Positions 32,546 through 43,573 of a stretch of DNA of 64,000 nt are shown piece after piece. Made by a program: the position numbers and the translations under genes. Every line of letters begins with the position of its first letter. Position 1 is the stretch's first letter. The notes under the pieces are model-generated. The model was not told the DNA's origin. It did not search any database and saw only the letters and a program-made list of their open reading frames with translations. The stretch comes from a virus (Duplodnaviria; Caudoviricetes): IMG/VR virus record IMGVR_UViG_3300033074_000233, positions 151,993 to 215,992 of that record; one strand, written 5' to 3'.

Positions 32546-33547
32546 ATGACTAACACAACAGTACCACGCCGCACCTCGATCAGCAACGACGAAGAACATC
32601 AGGCCGCTTGCATGGAGTTGGCTGCTCGCCGCTGTATGGATTCTTCCTCCGAAGAGGTCACACACCTGGAGCAACTCATAGAGGCCTATGAGGCACCAGT
32701 TATTCCTGAGAACTGGACCGCTTGCAAGGAGATTCCAGAAGAAAACGGTTTGCAAACGTGGGACCGCCAGAAACTCATCGCGGAAAACGGCGCGTTCCTT
32801 GAGAGCACGTTCCTATATGCGTCGTATCTGGACGAGTGCTTCGCCAAGAAAGAGCGCGAGGCCCGCAGCATCATTGCTCAGTACATCCAATTCTCGAACA
32901 TTGAGGAGCCGGATTCTTTCGGCGTAATAAAGTCCTTCTTCGAGAAGCACTACGACCGTGCGGCCCGTTACCACAACTGGCACCACACCTGCTGCATGAT
33001 CGTCAACGTGTCGGACGCCTATGCCTACACCAAAGAACGTGATCGTCAGGAGTGGGACTTGAAAGAGTACCGTTCGCTGATTCTGGCTGCGGCTATGCAC
33101 GACATTGGTCACACGGGTGGCCACGAGAGTGACACTATCAACGTGGCCCGCGCTATTGCACTGGCCTCGGACTTCATTCGCTATGCTCGCCTCGATACGC
33201 AAGTAGATAAGGCGCTTGTCATAAGTTTGATACGGGTGACTGAGTTCCCGTTCGTGTTCGAGCCCAAGACCGAACTGGAGAAAATCATTCGGGACGCGGA
33301 CTTGTTGCAGAGCCTTGAGCCTACTTGGTTCTACATGATCTACCACTGCCTGCTTGCGGAGATTCGTGTCAAGCGGACCTCGTTGAAGTTCACCGAGTTC
33401 TGCAAAATGCAACACGACTTCATGCACAACGCCCAGTTCTACTCGGTGTGGTGGAATGAGAAGAAGTTTGGTGAGTTCGGTGGCATTGCACTGGAACGTG
33501 CGGTGATGATGAAAGAGCGAGCCGAGAAAATCGTAAATCCTTTCTGA
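32546..33547 (+). CDS. HD-domain phosphohydrolase with HigA-like N-terminal peptide
   Basis: YHNWHHT, AAMHDIGH, IIRDADL. Confidence 0.85.
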   Translation: MTNTTVPRRTSISNDEEHQAACMELAARRCMDSSSEEVTHLEQLIEAYEAPVIPENWTACKEIPEENGLQTWDRQKLIAENGAFLESTFLYASYLDECFAKKEREARSIIAQYIQFSNIEEPDSFGVIKSFFEKHYDRAARYHNWHHTCCMIVNVSDAYAYTKERDRQEWDLKEYRSLILAAAMHDIGHTGGHESDTINVARAIALASDFIRYARLDTQVDKALVISLIRVTEFPFVFEPKTELEKIIRDADLLQSLEPTWFYMIYHCLLAEIRVKRTSLKFTEFCKMQHDFMHNAQFYSVWWNEKKFGEFGGIALERAVMMKERAEKIVNPF

Positions 33548-33888
33548 GGAATAGACAATGACTGAGATAATTAAGTTGTACGTACCATCAGGGCCTGTAG
33601 AAATTAAGACTCCGATTCGCGTAAACTTCACGCGCATAGAAGACGCAAACGGAAAAACTCTTTGTGGTCATTCCACTGAAAGCCGTTTAGGTATCATGGA
33701 AGAAATATGTCGCCGTGTTAATGCCTACAAAGAACTTCCGTCGGTTGAAGACCTCAGGAAACTTGCAGGCCATTATCACGATGGTCCGTATCGTTCTGGC
33801 GCAGTTGTATCGGCTCTTGAACTGGCTATTAAAGAAATCCTTGAGGCAGACGCGGCCTTCAAGCGCGAAGTTGATGGAGTATGGAACA

Positions 33889-34878
33889 ATGAAAATTGAC
33901 ACATTAGAAGATGGCACAATCGTTCTCCGCGAAGTGTACAACTCGATTGTTCTGGAGACCGAAGAGGGCAATCGCCTTGCAGTGTGTATGCGCGACGCTG
34001 GGTTCGAGATTGGTGTCGGCGACAGTATCACCAAGGATCACTACACTTGGTATGCTGCTGGCAACGGATGCGTGGACCCGCTTGGGTCCTCTACGTCAGG
34101 TCATGTAGAGCGTAAGTCCTCTAAGGAGTTTGCGGCCTCAATCGCAGGCATGGTAATTCCTGAGCCACTGGCCAGTCTTCCGTACGAGAGCAGCCCAGCG
34201 ATAAGCAAGATGCTGCAAAGCAAGACGGAGGGCTTTTTCGACAAGGACAAGTATCCCGTGCCCGAGGACTTCGTTTGTCCTGAGGTGCCTGCACTTGGTT
34301 CACGCTGGGAGATTGATGCGGTTTACGATCCGAGCAAAGGCCCGCGTAACGCCTACACCGTTCTGTTTGTCACCAACCTTGACCACTTGAGCAGCAAGTA
34401 TCCGCCTCAAGTTGTTTATCGTGGTGACAATGGTCGTGTCTGGAGTCGCTCTCTTGGCCAGTGGCCAGGTCGTCTACGCAGACTGCCTGAGTCAGAATCT
34501 GAGGTAGAGCGTCCGTTCTCTGAGGCGGATCAGCAAGAGTTGAATGCTGTTGCAGACGCGGCTATTTCCTACGGCCGGGAAAATCCGATTCGTGTAGCAG
34601 ACGGCTGCGATCCTGAGTTCATGGAGTCACTCGCTCGTGGCGATCATCTGCGCGGTATTGGCTTGTCCGAGGAAGGCATTGCCAGGGCGCTGGAGATTTC
34701 CCGCAAGTTTCCATTCAAGGGATCAGCGCCGGAAGACCGTCTGGACCTGGGCATGTGTACAGAACTTGTTGAGGTAATTCAGTATCCGCATGACGGTCTT
34801 ACCGAGTGTGGTGATAGAGCGGTTGCTATAGTCGATGGAAAGCCTCTGTGTGAGTTCCATGCAAGGAAAAAGACATGA
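33889..34878 (+). CDS. mosaic protein with internal DUF1653-like domain
   Basis: GSRW...YTVLFVTN...VVYRGDNGRVWSR. Confidence 0.55.
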   Translation: MKIDTLEDGTIVLREVYNSIVLETEEGNRLAVCMRDAGFEIGVGDSITKDHYTWYAAGNGCVDPLGSSTSGHVERKSSKEFAASIAGMVIPEPLASLPYESSPAISKMLQSKTEGFFDKDKYPVPEDFVCPEVPALGSRWEIDAVYDPSKGPRNAYTVLFVTNLDHLSSKYPPQVVYRGDNGRVWSRSLGQWPGRLRRLPESESEVERPFSEADQQELNAVADAAISYGRENPIRVADGCDPEFMESLARGDHLRGIGLSEEGIARALEISRKFPFKGSAPEDRLDLGMCTELVEVIQYPHDGLTECGDRAVAIVDGKPLCEFHARKKT

Positions 34879-35179
34879 AGCCACAGTTGAACACCTATTA
34901 CCAGCTGCAGGTCTTTAGAAACGGTATTCTCTGGAAGGGACGGGCTTCAATAGGGGACTTAGCCTGGGAAGGTATCCTTACCTACCCCAGTACGGCTATT
35001 AAGTTCAATGTGTTGAATACAAGTAAGGAAAAGGAGGAGTACAAGGTAGATTGGATTTACGACGTGCCTCGTAACCGATCGTTTCGTGAATCACTTACGG
35101 TAAGTATCGACACAGGAGAAACCGCTTGCTTCACGTTTGACCTAGAAGGTCTTAACTGCAATATTCTGGAGAAGGAAGG

Positions 35180-35370
35180 ATGATAGGGAGAGCCTTCGTT
35201 CACGGAGTGTGGTATAGAGTGACCACCTCCGTAAGAGGGAAATTCAAAATAGACAAGAAAACGAAAACGACTCCTGGGAGTATTTCGACACGGTAAAGAG
35301 TGAAGGCAAAACTCCACAGGAAGTAATGCAGGACTACTTTAAGCAGAAGGAGAAAACCAATGAAGCGTAG
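35180..35370 (+). pseudogene. small gene frameshifted at an A run
   Basis: MIGRAF...KKTK stops early; adding one A near 35264-35267 continues as NDSWEYFDTVKSEGK up to the next gene. Confidence 0.5.
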
Positions 35371-35825
35371 ATCATTCTTGGCAGGGTTGCTCGCTCTGCC
35401 CTTCGCACCTCTTGCTTTCGGCAAAGAGGAAGTTCAACTCAGCAGACAGCACCAGAAGGCTATCCTGTTCGGGGGGGCGTTATGGAACGGTGAACCTGCC
35501 TGTGGGTGCAGGCAAAACGAAGTATGCTTTCGTTATTGGCGAGACAGCCCAAGAAGCGCGCCAGTACATTGAACGGGCTAAAGCCCATCCCGAGGCGACC
35601 CCTATCCGATACTTCACTGTGTCCCTGAGTAGTCGTATGGCTTATACCCAGTTAATGGGCCACAAAAACTGTCACATCATTGTCGCAGGTAAAGTGGGCA
35701 GGACCTACGAAACTCATGTAAACCTGCAGAAGGTGAAAGAGGAAGCGCGACATAGGAATACCAACTGGTACTATCCGCCTGAGAACTCTGTCATGCTCAA
35801 ACTACATGAAGGGACAACAGTATGA
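35360..35825 (+). pseudogene. Tat-signal-like protein with P-loop-like segment, frameshifted at G7
   Basis: Removing one G from 35471-35477 joins MKRRSFLAG...AILFGG to RYGTVNLPVGAGKT... Confidence 0.55.
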
Positions 35826-36014
35826 AAGCCACGAAGCACACAGTAACGATAACCGTAGAGGTGTTGAGCCTTGACACGGTTCCGGGTCTCTTGCAGGAAT
35901 GCTCGGAACAGATGCGTAAGGAATACGTCAACGGCGAGTTGAGTGCCGACGACGGCGACAAGATAAAGTGGGAAGTCAAATCAGTTCCAGTCGAATTTTA
36001 ACAGGAGAAACACC

Positions 36015-36404
36015 ATGGATTACTTCGTACCCGCAGTAGTTTCAACTATCCTTCTAGTAGTAGCCCTAGGCTTTCTGGTAAAGGTCTGGATGGAAAAAAG
36101 GTCCAACGAAAACTACTACAAGGAATGCCTCAGGGAGAAAGACGAATATAGAAGGGATATTGTAAAGAAGCATGATACGCAAATGATGGAACTGAGGGAT
36201 GAATACAGAGAGAAAGTTGCAATCGTTCGTGTCGGAGACAAGGAACACTTGCCCTTGCCAACAGATGCTGACCTTGCCTTCGTTGAGAAGGAGTTGACAC
36301 GCAAAGGCTTCGATCCTGAAAAGGTACTTGTGGTTCCTTGGCACCTCACGTTTGACACTATCCACAGTCTGGCTAGCGCGAGGAAGAACAAAGATGCAAC
36401 GTAG
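36015..36404 (+). CDS. membrane-anchored protein with portal-like segment
   Basis: N-terminal TM, coiled coil, then VRVGD...PTDADL..VEKEL...FDPE..LVVPW. Confidence 0.5.
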   Translation: MDYFVPAVVSTILLVVALGFLVKVWMEKRSNENYYKECLREKDEYRRDIVKKHDTQMMELRDEYREKVAIVRVGDKEHLPLPTDADLAFVEKELTRKGFDPEKVLVVPWHLTFDTIHSLASARKNKDAT

Positions 36405-36654
36405 ATCATTCATTGCTGGCCTGCTTACGCTTCCGTTTGCAGGCTCGGCAGTCAAAGCAACCGCAGCACCCCTCGCTTACGCTGGCTGTTACAACAAACT
36501 CCAGATGTTTGGTGTATCGGTAGTCAAGACACCAACCGATCCAGCCTGTGTTATCGAGAAGTCCACAGAGGAATATCTACGCGAACTTCAGGAGAAAGGG
36601 ATTCCTGTTCCAAACAGTATGTACCTCAATGCTTGTGGCTTTCCGGGACTTTGA
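36394..36654 (+). CDS. Tat-signal-like small protein
   Basis: MQRRSFIAGLLTLPFAGSAVKA. Confidence 0.6.
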   Translation: MQRRSFIAGLLTLPFAGSAVKATAAPLAYAGCYNKLQMFGVSVVKTPTDPACVIEKSTEEYLRELQEKGIPVPNSMYLNACGFPGL

Positions 36655-36856
36655 CTATGGGCCTCGTCATTCTGGAACTCGAACTGGATTACGTGCCTGT
36701 AAGTCGTGAGGTCTTTAAGTCCAAAATTCCTAAGAACGGCGAGGACTATTACGTTCTTGAGGGTCAGAATCAAAGATACTACACTGACAGTCGCGGAATA
36801 ACTGACGGTGTGTTCGACTACGTAACCAACAAATACTGGCTGAGAAAACCCTTAGC

Positions 36857-37135
36857 ATGACTTCCACACACATAGTAGATTACCACGTTGTTACCAACGT
36901 AACTATAGATGCCTTGATTGCTGACGTGAAGGTGGCTATAGGTCGAGGCTGGCAACCCATTGGAGGCATGACTTCCTCTTCCCACCCAACCGGAGGCTAC
37001 CTTGAACTAAGTCCTGTTGGCTATGGTGTAAAGGGAATTCTTCTGTTCTCACAGGCTCTTGTAAAGTATGCGCCTAAGTTGGATACTGAACGTATGAGTA
37101 CCGGCACTTATGATTCTTCCAAAGCAGTTCCGTAA
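36857..37135 (+). CDS. DUF1737-like protein (paralogue of 12366-12563)
   Basis: YHVV...DV.VAIGRGWQPIGG...FSQALVK. Confidence 0.65.
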   Translation: MTSTHIVDYHVVTNVTIDALIADVKVAIGRGWQPIGGMTSSSHPTGGYLELSPVGYGVKGILLFSQALVKYAPKLDTERMSTGTYDSSKAVP

Positions 37136-37679
37136 CAATGACGTTATACCAGACGAAGCCATGAAGGGTAAGGGTACTTGTCACTACAAAGGCAAGTTCT
37201 TACCCTTTAGGCAGGTCTACGATCACATTGCCAAGAAACACGAGGTCGTGGACTACGGAATTGCATACAGTCGCTATTTCGGGGTCTATATGTGGGACCT
37301 GCTAAAGGCCTGCACCGTCCCAGTGAAATATGCGACCGTAGGCTTCGTTTGTAGCAAGTGTATACCCGACCCAAAAGTAGCGTTCCGCATCACCATGGAC
37401 ATGATTGATAAGGCCGGATTCACTGGCTACAACATGATGGTCCTGGAAGACGATCCACTTATAGAGGAGCATTTCTTCGATAAGCAGTCTACCAGCGTGG
37501 TTTGCTACGACTTCATCCACGTTATGACAGATCGCAAGCCCAAGAAAGCGATGGCAGATCATCTTGTAAAGTATGCGTCACACATAATCGTCTTCTGGGA
37601 CAACGAGGACAAGAGGTGTGAGTACATAGTTCGCAAGGCCAAAGAAGCAAACAAAAAGGTAAAGGAGTTCTTCATATGA
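37110..37679 (+). CDS. degenerate SLOG/YspA-like protein
   Basis: C-terminal LVKYASHIIVFWD...YIVRKAKE..K.V. Confidence 0.5.
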   Translation: MILPKQFRNNDVIPDEAMKGKGTCHYKGKFLPFRQVYDHIAKKHEVVDYGIAYSRYFGVYMWDLLKACTVPVKYATVGFVCSKCIPDPKVAFRITMDMIDKAGFTGYNMMVLEDDPLIEEHFFDKQSTSVVCYDFIHVMTDRKPKKAMADHLVKYASHIIVFWDNEDKRCEYIVRKAKEANKKVKEFFI

Positions 37680-39318
37680 GCAACGACAATCCGCTAGCCA
37701 AGATAGACACCAATGCGTTGCGTGACCGTGTGGCCGCGCAAGTAACCAACTCCTTCGGTATGTTGATTCCCGAGGAACAGTTTTCCGCAATGGTCGATGC
37801 ACAGATCAAGGCCTTCTTCGAGACCCCAACAACCCTAACCTTTGAGCGAGGCGGCGGCTACAACAGCGACACATATACACTCAAGGGTGCCCAAGTTACG
37901 ATGTTCCAGATGATGGTCTGGAATCTTGTGCGTCCTATGGTACAAGCAAAACTTCAGGAGTACATGAACCAGGGCGAAGGCAAGAAAGCCCTTGACGGAT
38001 TCCTGAAAGACCTATTCGAGGCAAAAGAGTTCAACGACCAACAAGTCATGGGTGTACAGCGCCTTATGGTAGCCATGACTGCTGGTTTGTTCCAGCAGAT
38101 TGGACAGACAGCGGTCATGAACTTCCAGTCCTCGTTGGCTAACGCGGCAATGAACTCACAGATGCCGCAGTTGGCAAATGAAATCTGGAGAATACCATCA
38201 TGATCGAGCCCTGCGTAGAAACCATTGTATGGAATAGCGTAGGAGAGTTGAAGCCACCACAAAGGAAACCAGTAGTTGTATGTGTTGACAACGACTACGG
38301 ACGTTCCATTTTTAAGGCTGAATGTCGCACAGACATAAATGGATTCGACTGGTGGACTGCAACCAACGGCATTGGAAGTTGCTTAGTAAAAGACGACCAC
38401 GCTTGGGCTATTGTGACTGGACCAAGATCACAGGAGAAAACTACATGAATACCAAAAAGGAATACCTAGAAGTAAAGGCAACATTTTCCACGTCATTCAT
38501 GTCCGTGTTCGGTATGGCTGTTGAGAAGGCCTTACTGAAACTTCCTGAAGAATGGGGTTCCTCAGGTGACTCGGAAACCGATTTTATCTGGAAGATGCTT
38601 ATTCAGGCCATGAAGAAGAACGGCCAGTGCAGTATGTACTCCCAAGAGGAGGGATCAGAACTGGTCAAGGTTACCTACGATGTGAACTACACGGAAGAAG
38701 GTGAACAGGCACCAGAGTTTACCGCACACTGGCGTAGAGAGAAAACCATCAAGGACAAAGAACGCGAGGAACTTGAGCGCAAGCAAGACATTCGACAGAT
38801 GGGTAAGTTAGCGGAAAAGCACAGGCTTAGCATCCACATGTTCGACACGCCGGAGACTTACGGTCGCTTCGGTACTGTGCAGCACACGGCTGTCTCAGGT
38901 CCGCCAAGCCAGACCGGCACCTACCTGTTGTGGATTGATCCCAACGAAACGGGAACAGAAAATGCTGGGTCGTTTTACTACGACGCCGAAAAGAACGCGT
39001 GGTACGATCACGCTCCCAACAGTACCGACTCAGACACCGTCATGATACCAATTACGTGTCCTGCCTTCACCGCGTACATGGGTCCGATTCCACCTAAGGT
39101 AGGGTAAGCACATGGCTACGGACTTTCAGCGTGGCGCTCGGGCCATGTTTGATTGCTTGATGGAGCGTGCCGCCAACAACTTCCACGCTAATCCTGTAAT
39201 TAAGGAAGCGTGTGAAAAGGAAAACGCAATCATAGAAAAATGGGCTGCTGATGCACTCGAAACGGTTGACCCAGTAGGCGTGATCTTCAACAACGAACCC
39301 ATTATTCCAGTGGTCTAA
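37676..39318 (+). other. hypothetical CDSs (37676-38203, 38200-38448, 38445-39107, 39112-39318)
   Basis: ATGA-coupled ORFs with RBSs. Confidence 0.6.
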
Positions 39319-39428
39319 TAATGACTCCTGAAGAACACATTGAGAAATACGGACATGAAGCCCATTGCAGCATCATGTTCCCAGCAGCCCCTTGTTTTTG
39401 TGACTGTAAAACCGGAGTGGAGAGAAGA

Positions 39429-40328
39429 ATGGATAACCATACGTACCAATACCACCAACTGCTAGAGCATATCCTTGCCAAGGGAACCTGGAAGGGTAAC
39501 CGGACAGGCGTCAGGACGCTTTTCGTTCCGGGCTATCACTTGCGTTTTGATTTGTCTAAAGGCTTTCCTATGGTTAATACCAAGAAGGTTCCTTTCAAAT
39601 CCGTGGTCGGCGAGTTGCTCTGCTTCTTGAAAGGATCAGACAACGCGAAAGACTTTCGTGACCACAAGTGCAACGTGTGGAATGCCAATGCAAATGATCC
39701 CGGTAGGCCGGACGCGCCGAATGCCTGGATTAAAAGTCCGTACCGCCGAGGTGAAGACGATCTCGGCCGTATCTATGGCATTCAGTGGCGTCATTGGGCA
39801 GGTCACGAAAAGGATTACGACCAAGTCCAGAAACTGCTGGATACTCTGGAAAAGAATCCACTTGATCGACGCATGATTGTCAACGCGTGGAACGTAGAGG
39901 ACATTTACGAAGGCAAGATGGCATTGCCGCCTTGTCATGTCATGCACCAAGTTCTGTACGAACCTGAGACCAACAAACTGCACATGACCATGTACCAGCG
40001 GTCGTGCGACGTGTTCCTTGGCATTCCGTTCAACATCGCGTCCTATGCGGCCCTGCTGACCTTGTATGCCCGAAGTGCTGGTATGGAACCGGGAGAACTG
40101 AGCCTATTCTTGGCTGACGTTCACATCTACGAGAACCATATGGATCAGGTTGCCGAGCAACTGTCTCGCACACCTTATCCGAATCCGGGCTTCGTTTGCA
40201 GCGTTCAAGACAAGAAGGTCTGTGGTCAGGACCTGCTTGCACAGATTTACAACCTTGACGTAGTAAACGATTTCAAGGTTGTGGACTATGAATGCCATCC
40301 TGCTATCAAGGCAGACATGGCTGTATAA
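39429..40328 (+). CDS. thyA: thymidylate synthase
   Basis: NRTG, GELL.FL.G, DLGRIYG.QWR, DRRMIVNAWN, MALPPCH, YQRSCDVFLGIPFNIASY, DVHIYENH, MAV end; alternative in-frame start 39321. Confidence 0.97.
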   Translation: MDNHTYQYHQLLEHILAKGTWKGNRTGVRTLFVPGYHLRFDLSKGFPMVNTKKVPFKSVVGELLCFLKGSDNAKDFRDHKCNVWNANANDPGRPDAPNAWIKSPYRRGEDDLGRIYGIQWRHWAGHEKDYDQVQKLLDTLEKNPLDRRMIVNAWNVEDIYEGKMALPPCHVMHQVLYEPETNKLHMTMYQRSCDVFLGIPFNIASYAALLTLYARSAGMEPGELSLFLADVHIYENHMDQVAEQLSRTPYPNPGFVCSVQDKKVCGQDLLAQIYNLDVVNDFKVVDYECHPAIKADMAV

Positions 40329-40720
40329 CTAGAGGTGAAACATGAAAAAGTATTACGACTGGCCACTTAAAACAAGGCTGTGGTTCTTTGTGCGTGACCT
40401 GTTCAAGCCACGTTACGCACTGATCGTTGAACTAGAAAACATGCCGAACCTGGAGTGGATGTTCAACAAGGATGTGCCTCCTTACAAGACGGTACCTGTA
40501 ATCATGCGGGTTCCGTACAAGCGGCCATTCCTCATGCCATACAACTTCTTCGTCAACAACATCAAAAAGGACTTCGGTCCCACGACGCTGATTTTCTTTG
40601 CCACACGAATCACTCTGTACGACCTGTCCCGTAGCCTAGGCTCGGCCATGTCTCATAACGTGGCCAATGCGATTATATATGACCCTGAGCCTAAGCAAAC
40701 GCAACCTGAAGAGGTACAAT

Positions 40721-40755
40721 ACTAATTTAATGAGGACAGCGTATACTGTAAAGTA
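40721..40755 (+). promoter_or_regulatory. tandem putative phage promoter motifs ACTAATTTAAT and CTGTAAAGTA
   Basis: ACTAATTTAAT also intergenic on - strand at 59081-59091. Confidence 0.5.
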
Positions 40756-41023
40756 GCGTTACAACAAACACAATAAAGGAGTCAGTGTTATGGCTAGACT
40801 GACCGGAGAAGACTTTGAATGGCGCTCCAAGGCCTACTCAAAGATTAAGACCATTCACGCACAAGGCCACAAGACCACGCACTTGAGGCTTATCGAAACT
40901 GAGGTAGGTGCAAATACAATGCACCTGCTTCAAATTCTTGATGGAGTCCTAGAGGAATTGATTGAACAAGGCCTTATTACTGAGGTTGTTAGTGGCACAG
41001 TTTACTTTTCTCAAGGAGGCTGA

Positions 41024-41479
41024 TTGGTGTCGAAGCAAAACGCGATCCTTAAACCGCAGAGTCCGAAATTGATTCAGTTCTGCAAACAAACCTTCAAGCA
41101 ACACCAGATATACAAAAGTTGGTTCTACTTTGCCGACAAAAAGGTCAAGATAGTTTTGGATGATCTTGGCGAGAGTGACCTGTATCCAGCAGGTGAAGTG
41201 CAGATAGCCAAGTTAGAGGTTGTTCCAGACTCAAGAGGTAATGGGCTAGCGTCGATTGCACTAAAGGCCCTAACTAAAGGTGCTGACATTTACGAGGTTC
41301 ACTTGTCATTACACCCGGCTGCCTTTTGTGACAGAGACAATGCGTTGACCCAGAGACAGTTAGAGAGTTTCTACCGACGCTACGGATTTCGTGCCGAACG
41401 AGGATACGCAAAGCACGAACCTGGGCACGGTAGACAGATCACCAGCATGATTAGAAAGCCAGAAGGACTAAAACGATGA
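41024..41479 (+). CDS. GNAT acetyltransferase
   Basis: V.PDSRGNGLAS..L, L..FYRRYGF. Confidence 0.85.
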   Translation: MVSKQNAILKPQSPKLIQFCKQTFKQHQIYKSWFYFADKKVKIVLDDLGESDLYPAGEVQIAKLEVVPDSRGNGLASIALKALTKGADIYEVHLSLHPAAFCDRDNALTQRQLESFYRRYGFRAERGYAKHEPGHGRQITSMIRKPEGLKR

Positions 41480-42832
41480 ACGCCAAAGATAAAGCGGTTT
41501 ACAAACTTGTTCGTGCTGCCTTCCGTATACTGGATGACAGCGAAAACAACGACGACAGCATTGTCATTGATTGTGACATAGCAGGAGGCGACCTTCGTCG
41601 AATGGGTCAGGCTCTCGATGAACTGGGCATTGAAAGCCTCGAAGACGTTGACCGAGTATTCGGTGAAAAGATTCACACACCAGAGTGCGCCAAGAATACA
41701 ATGTCCCTTTTGAAGTGTAACTGTGACGGAGAGTTTGGAGTTCCAACATGACACTATGCGCCTGTCTCGGTCCACTGAACGGTGAGCCGCACGGCCCTTG
41801 CGCTATGAGGTCACGTGGACTGAAAACAAAAGCAGATGAGCCACTTACTGACCAAGAGAAAGAAAAAATCAACAAGGCACTTGGACGTGTCTTCGGAATA
41901 ACACACTACACAGTAGAGAGGATCAGAGATGAGCACATTCAAGATAGGTGAGGTGGCGTTTCTCGTGGGCATTGAAGGACCTGATGCACACTTAAACGGA
42001 CTTGAGGTGACAGTTACCTCAGGCCTATATCGAACAACGGGCCTTGAACGAATTACAGGTAAAGTTATTACGGCCATGGTCTATGACATAGCCGGAGCCG
42101 AGCCTATTAACCGCGTTACACCCGATCACCTGCGTAAGCGTCCAGAGAAAGGCGATGAAACGTCTTGGGAAACAGTAGAAGCAATTTCCGGGTGGAAGCC
42201 CAGCACAGTAGAGGTTCCAAATGGCGAAGATCAAAGAGTTGAAGTTCCAAGTGTCGATCACTGCCAACTTGGGCAATTATGAGTCCGTGAAAATTGAAGT
42301 AGGCGAGTCTGTTGACCTCGAACCTGGGGACAACGCCGCCAAAGAAATGGCCCGTTTGGTGAAGCGCGTAAAAGCGGTAGCCAACGAAGAGGCAGAAACA
42401 CTACGAACGGAACTCGGGAACGAAAAAGGATCGAGTTCCAAAAAGAAATAAAGGAAGCCCGCCATGAACAACAATAAAGAGCAAGACGATAGGTTGGAAG
42501 AATACAGTAACATTGCCTTTGAGGTCAAGAAGGCCAACGGCAAGAAGAAGGACTACTACATAGTGATACGGCACGACAGAGCCGTTCATTGCGTAGCAAG
42601 GGTGTATGCAATCGGTGTGGCCTTCTACGAAACGGACCATGAGAAGTTTCAGGAACACCTTAAGAAGGCCGCGTATGAACCTGATACAGCCATCCACACA
42701 TTAGGAACAGACGCAAAGAAAGACGACGAATACACAGGTCGAGTATATCTTCCGTCACATATTGATGCCTACGAACACCACCGTGTAGTACGCGACGTGA
42801 CGGGTTTCATTCTATAAATAAAGGCTCACAGT

Positions 42833-43573
42833 ATGAGTACCCACGAAAAGCGCAAAATGGTTACGGTCTACGACATTCTGATCTTCCTTAAAGACTTCAA
42901 AGGCGATGACACAATCGTAGCCCTAGGAAACCTATATGGTCTGACAGAGGCTGTAGCTGAAGGACTGCTGGATGCCACGGAGGACCTCTCCTATATTGAC
43001 GAACATGACTGCCTAACTGAGAAAGGCGTTAAGTATCTGGAGGACTGCTCGAAGGTTCCTGCTGAGTATGGGGTGCTTACACTAGTACGTGGTCTTCCAG
43101 GCTCAGGTAAAACGGAACTTGGCAAGAGACTGGTTGAGGCCTCGAGGTCTACAGTCCATGTAGTCCATCTTGAATCTGACCAGTTCATGGTGGATGAGAA
43201 CGGCCAGTACAAGTTCCAGCCAGACAAGGTCAAAGCAGTCAACGTGGAATGCGTTGCACAGGCTGAGAAGTGGTTGCGTCAGGGTTATGACGTTGTAGTG
43301 ACCAACGTGTTTGCCCAGTATTGGGAAGTGAAGCCGTACTACGATGTTGCTGCGGAACTCGGTATCAAAACGATCCTGATTACTATGCAGTCGCAATTCC
43401 ACAGTGAGCACCGATCCTCACGTACCCGCCATCAAATGGTAGAGAAGTGGGACGACATTTTCCTGCCACGCAGTTGGAACTCGCACAACAAGGACAAGCC
43501 TGTTGAAGTGCCTGGTCCTACGGCTATCGACGACCTAATGAGAGAGGCAGTGAACATGCCTCTGGAGGATTGA
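42833..43573 (+). CDS. AAA_33/PNK-like P-loop kinase
   Basis: LVRGLPGSGKT, HLESDQF, VVVTNVF..WE..PY. Confidence 0.85.
   Translation: MSTHEKRKMVTVYDILIFLKDFKGDDTIVALGNLYGLTEAVAEGLLDATEDLSYIDEHDCLTEKGVKYLEDCSKVPAEYGVLTLVRGLPGSGKTELGKRLVEASRSTVHVVHLESDQFMVDENGQYKFQPDKVKAVNVECVAQAEKWLRQGYDVVVTNVFAQYWEVKPYYDVAAELGIKTILITMQSQFHSEHRSSRTRHQMVEKWDDIFLPRSWNSHNKDKPVEVPGPTAIDDLMREAVNMPLED

Noticed and set aside
42813-42820. T4 late promoter consensus TATAAATA
   Set aside because: Single copy noticed, overlapping a stop codon only 12 nt before the ATG; insufficient evidence
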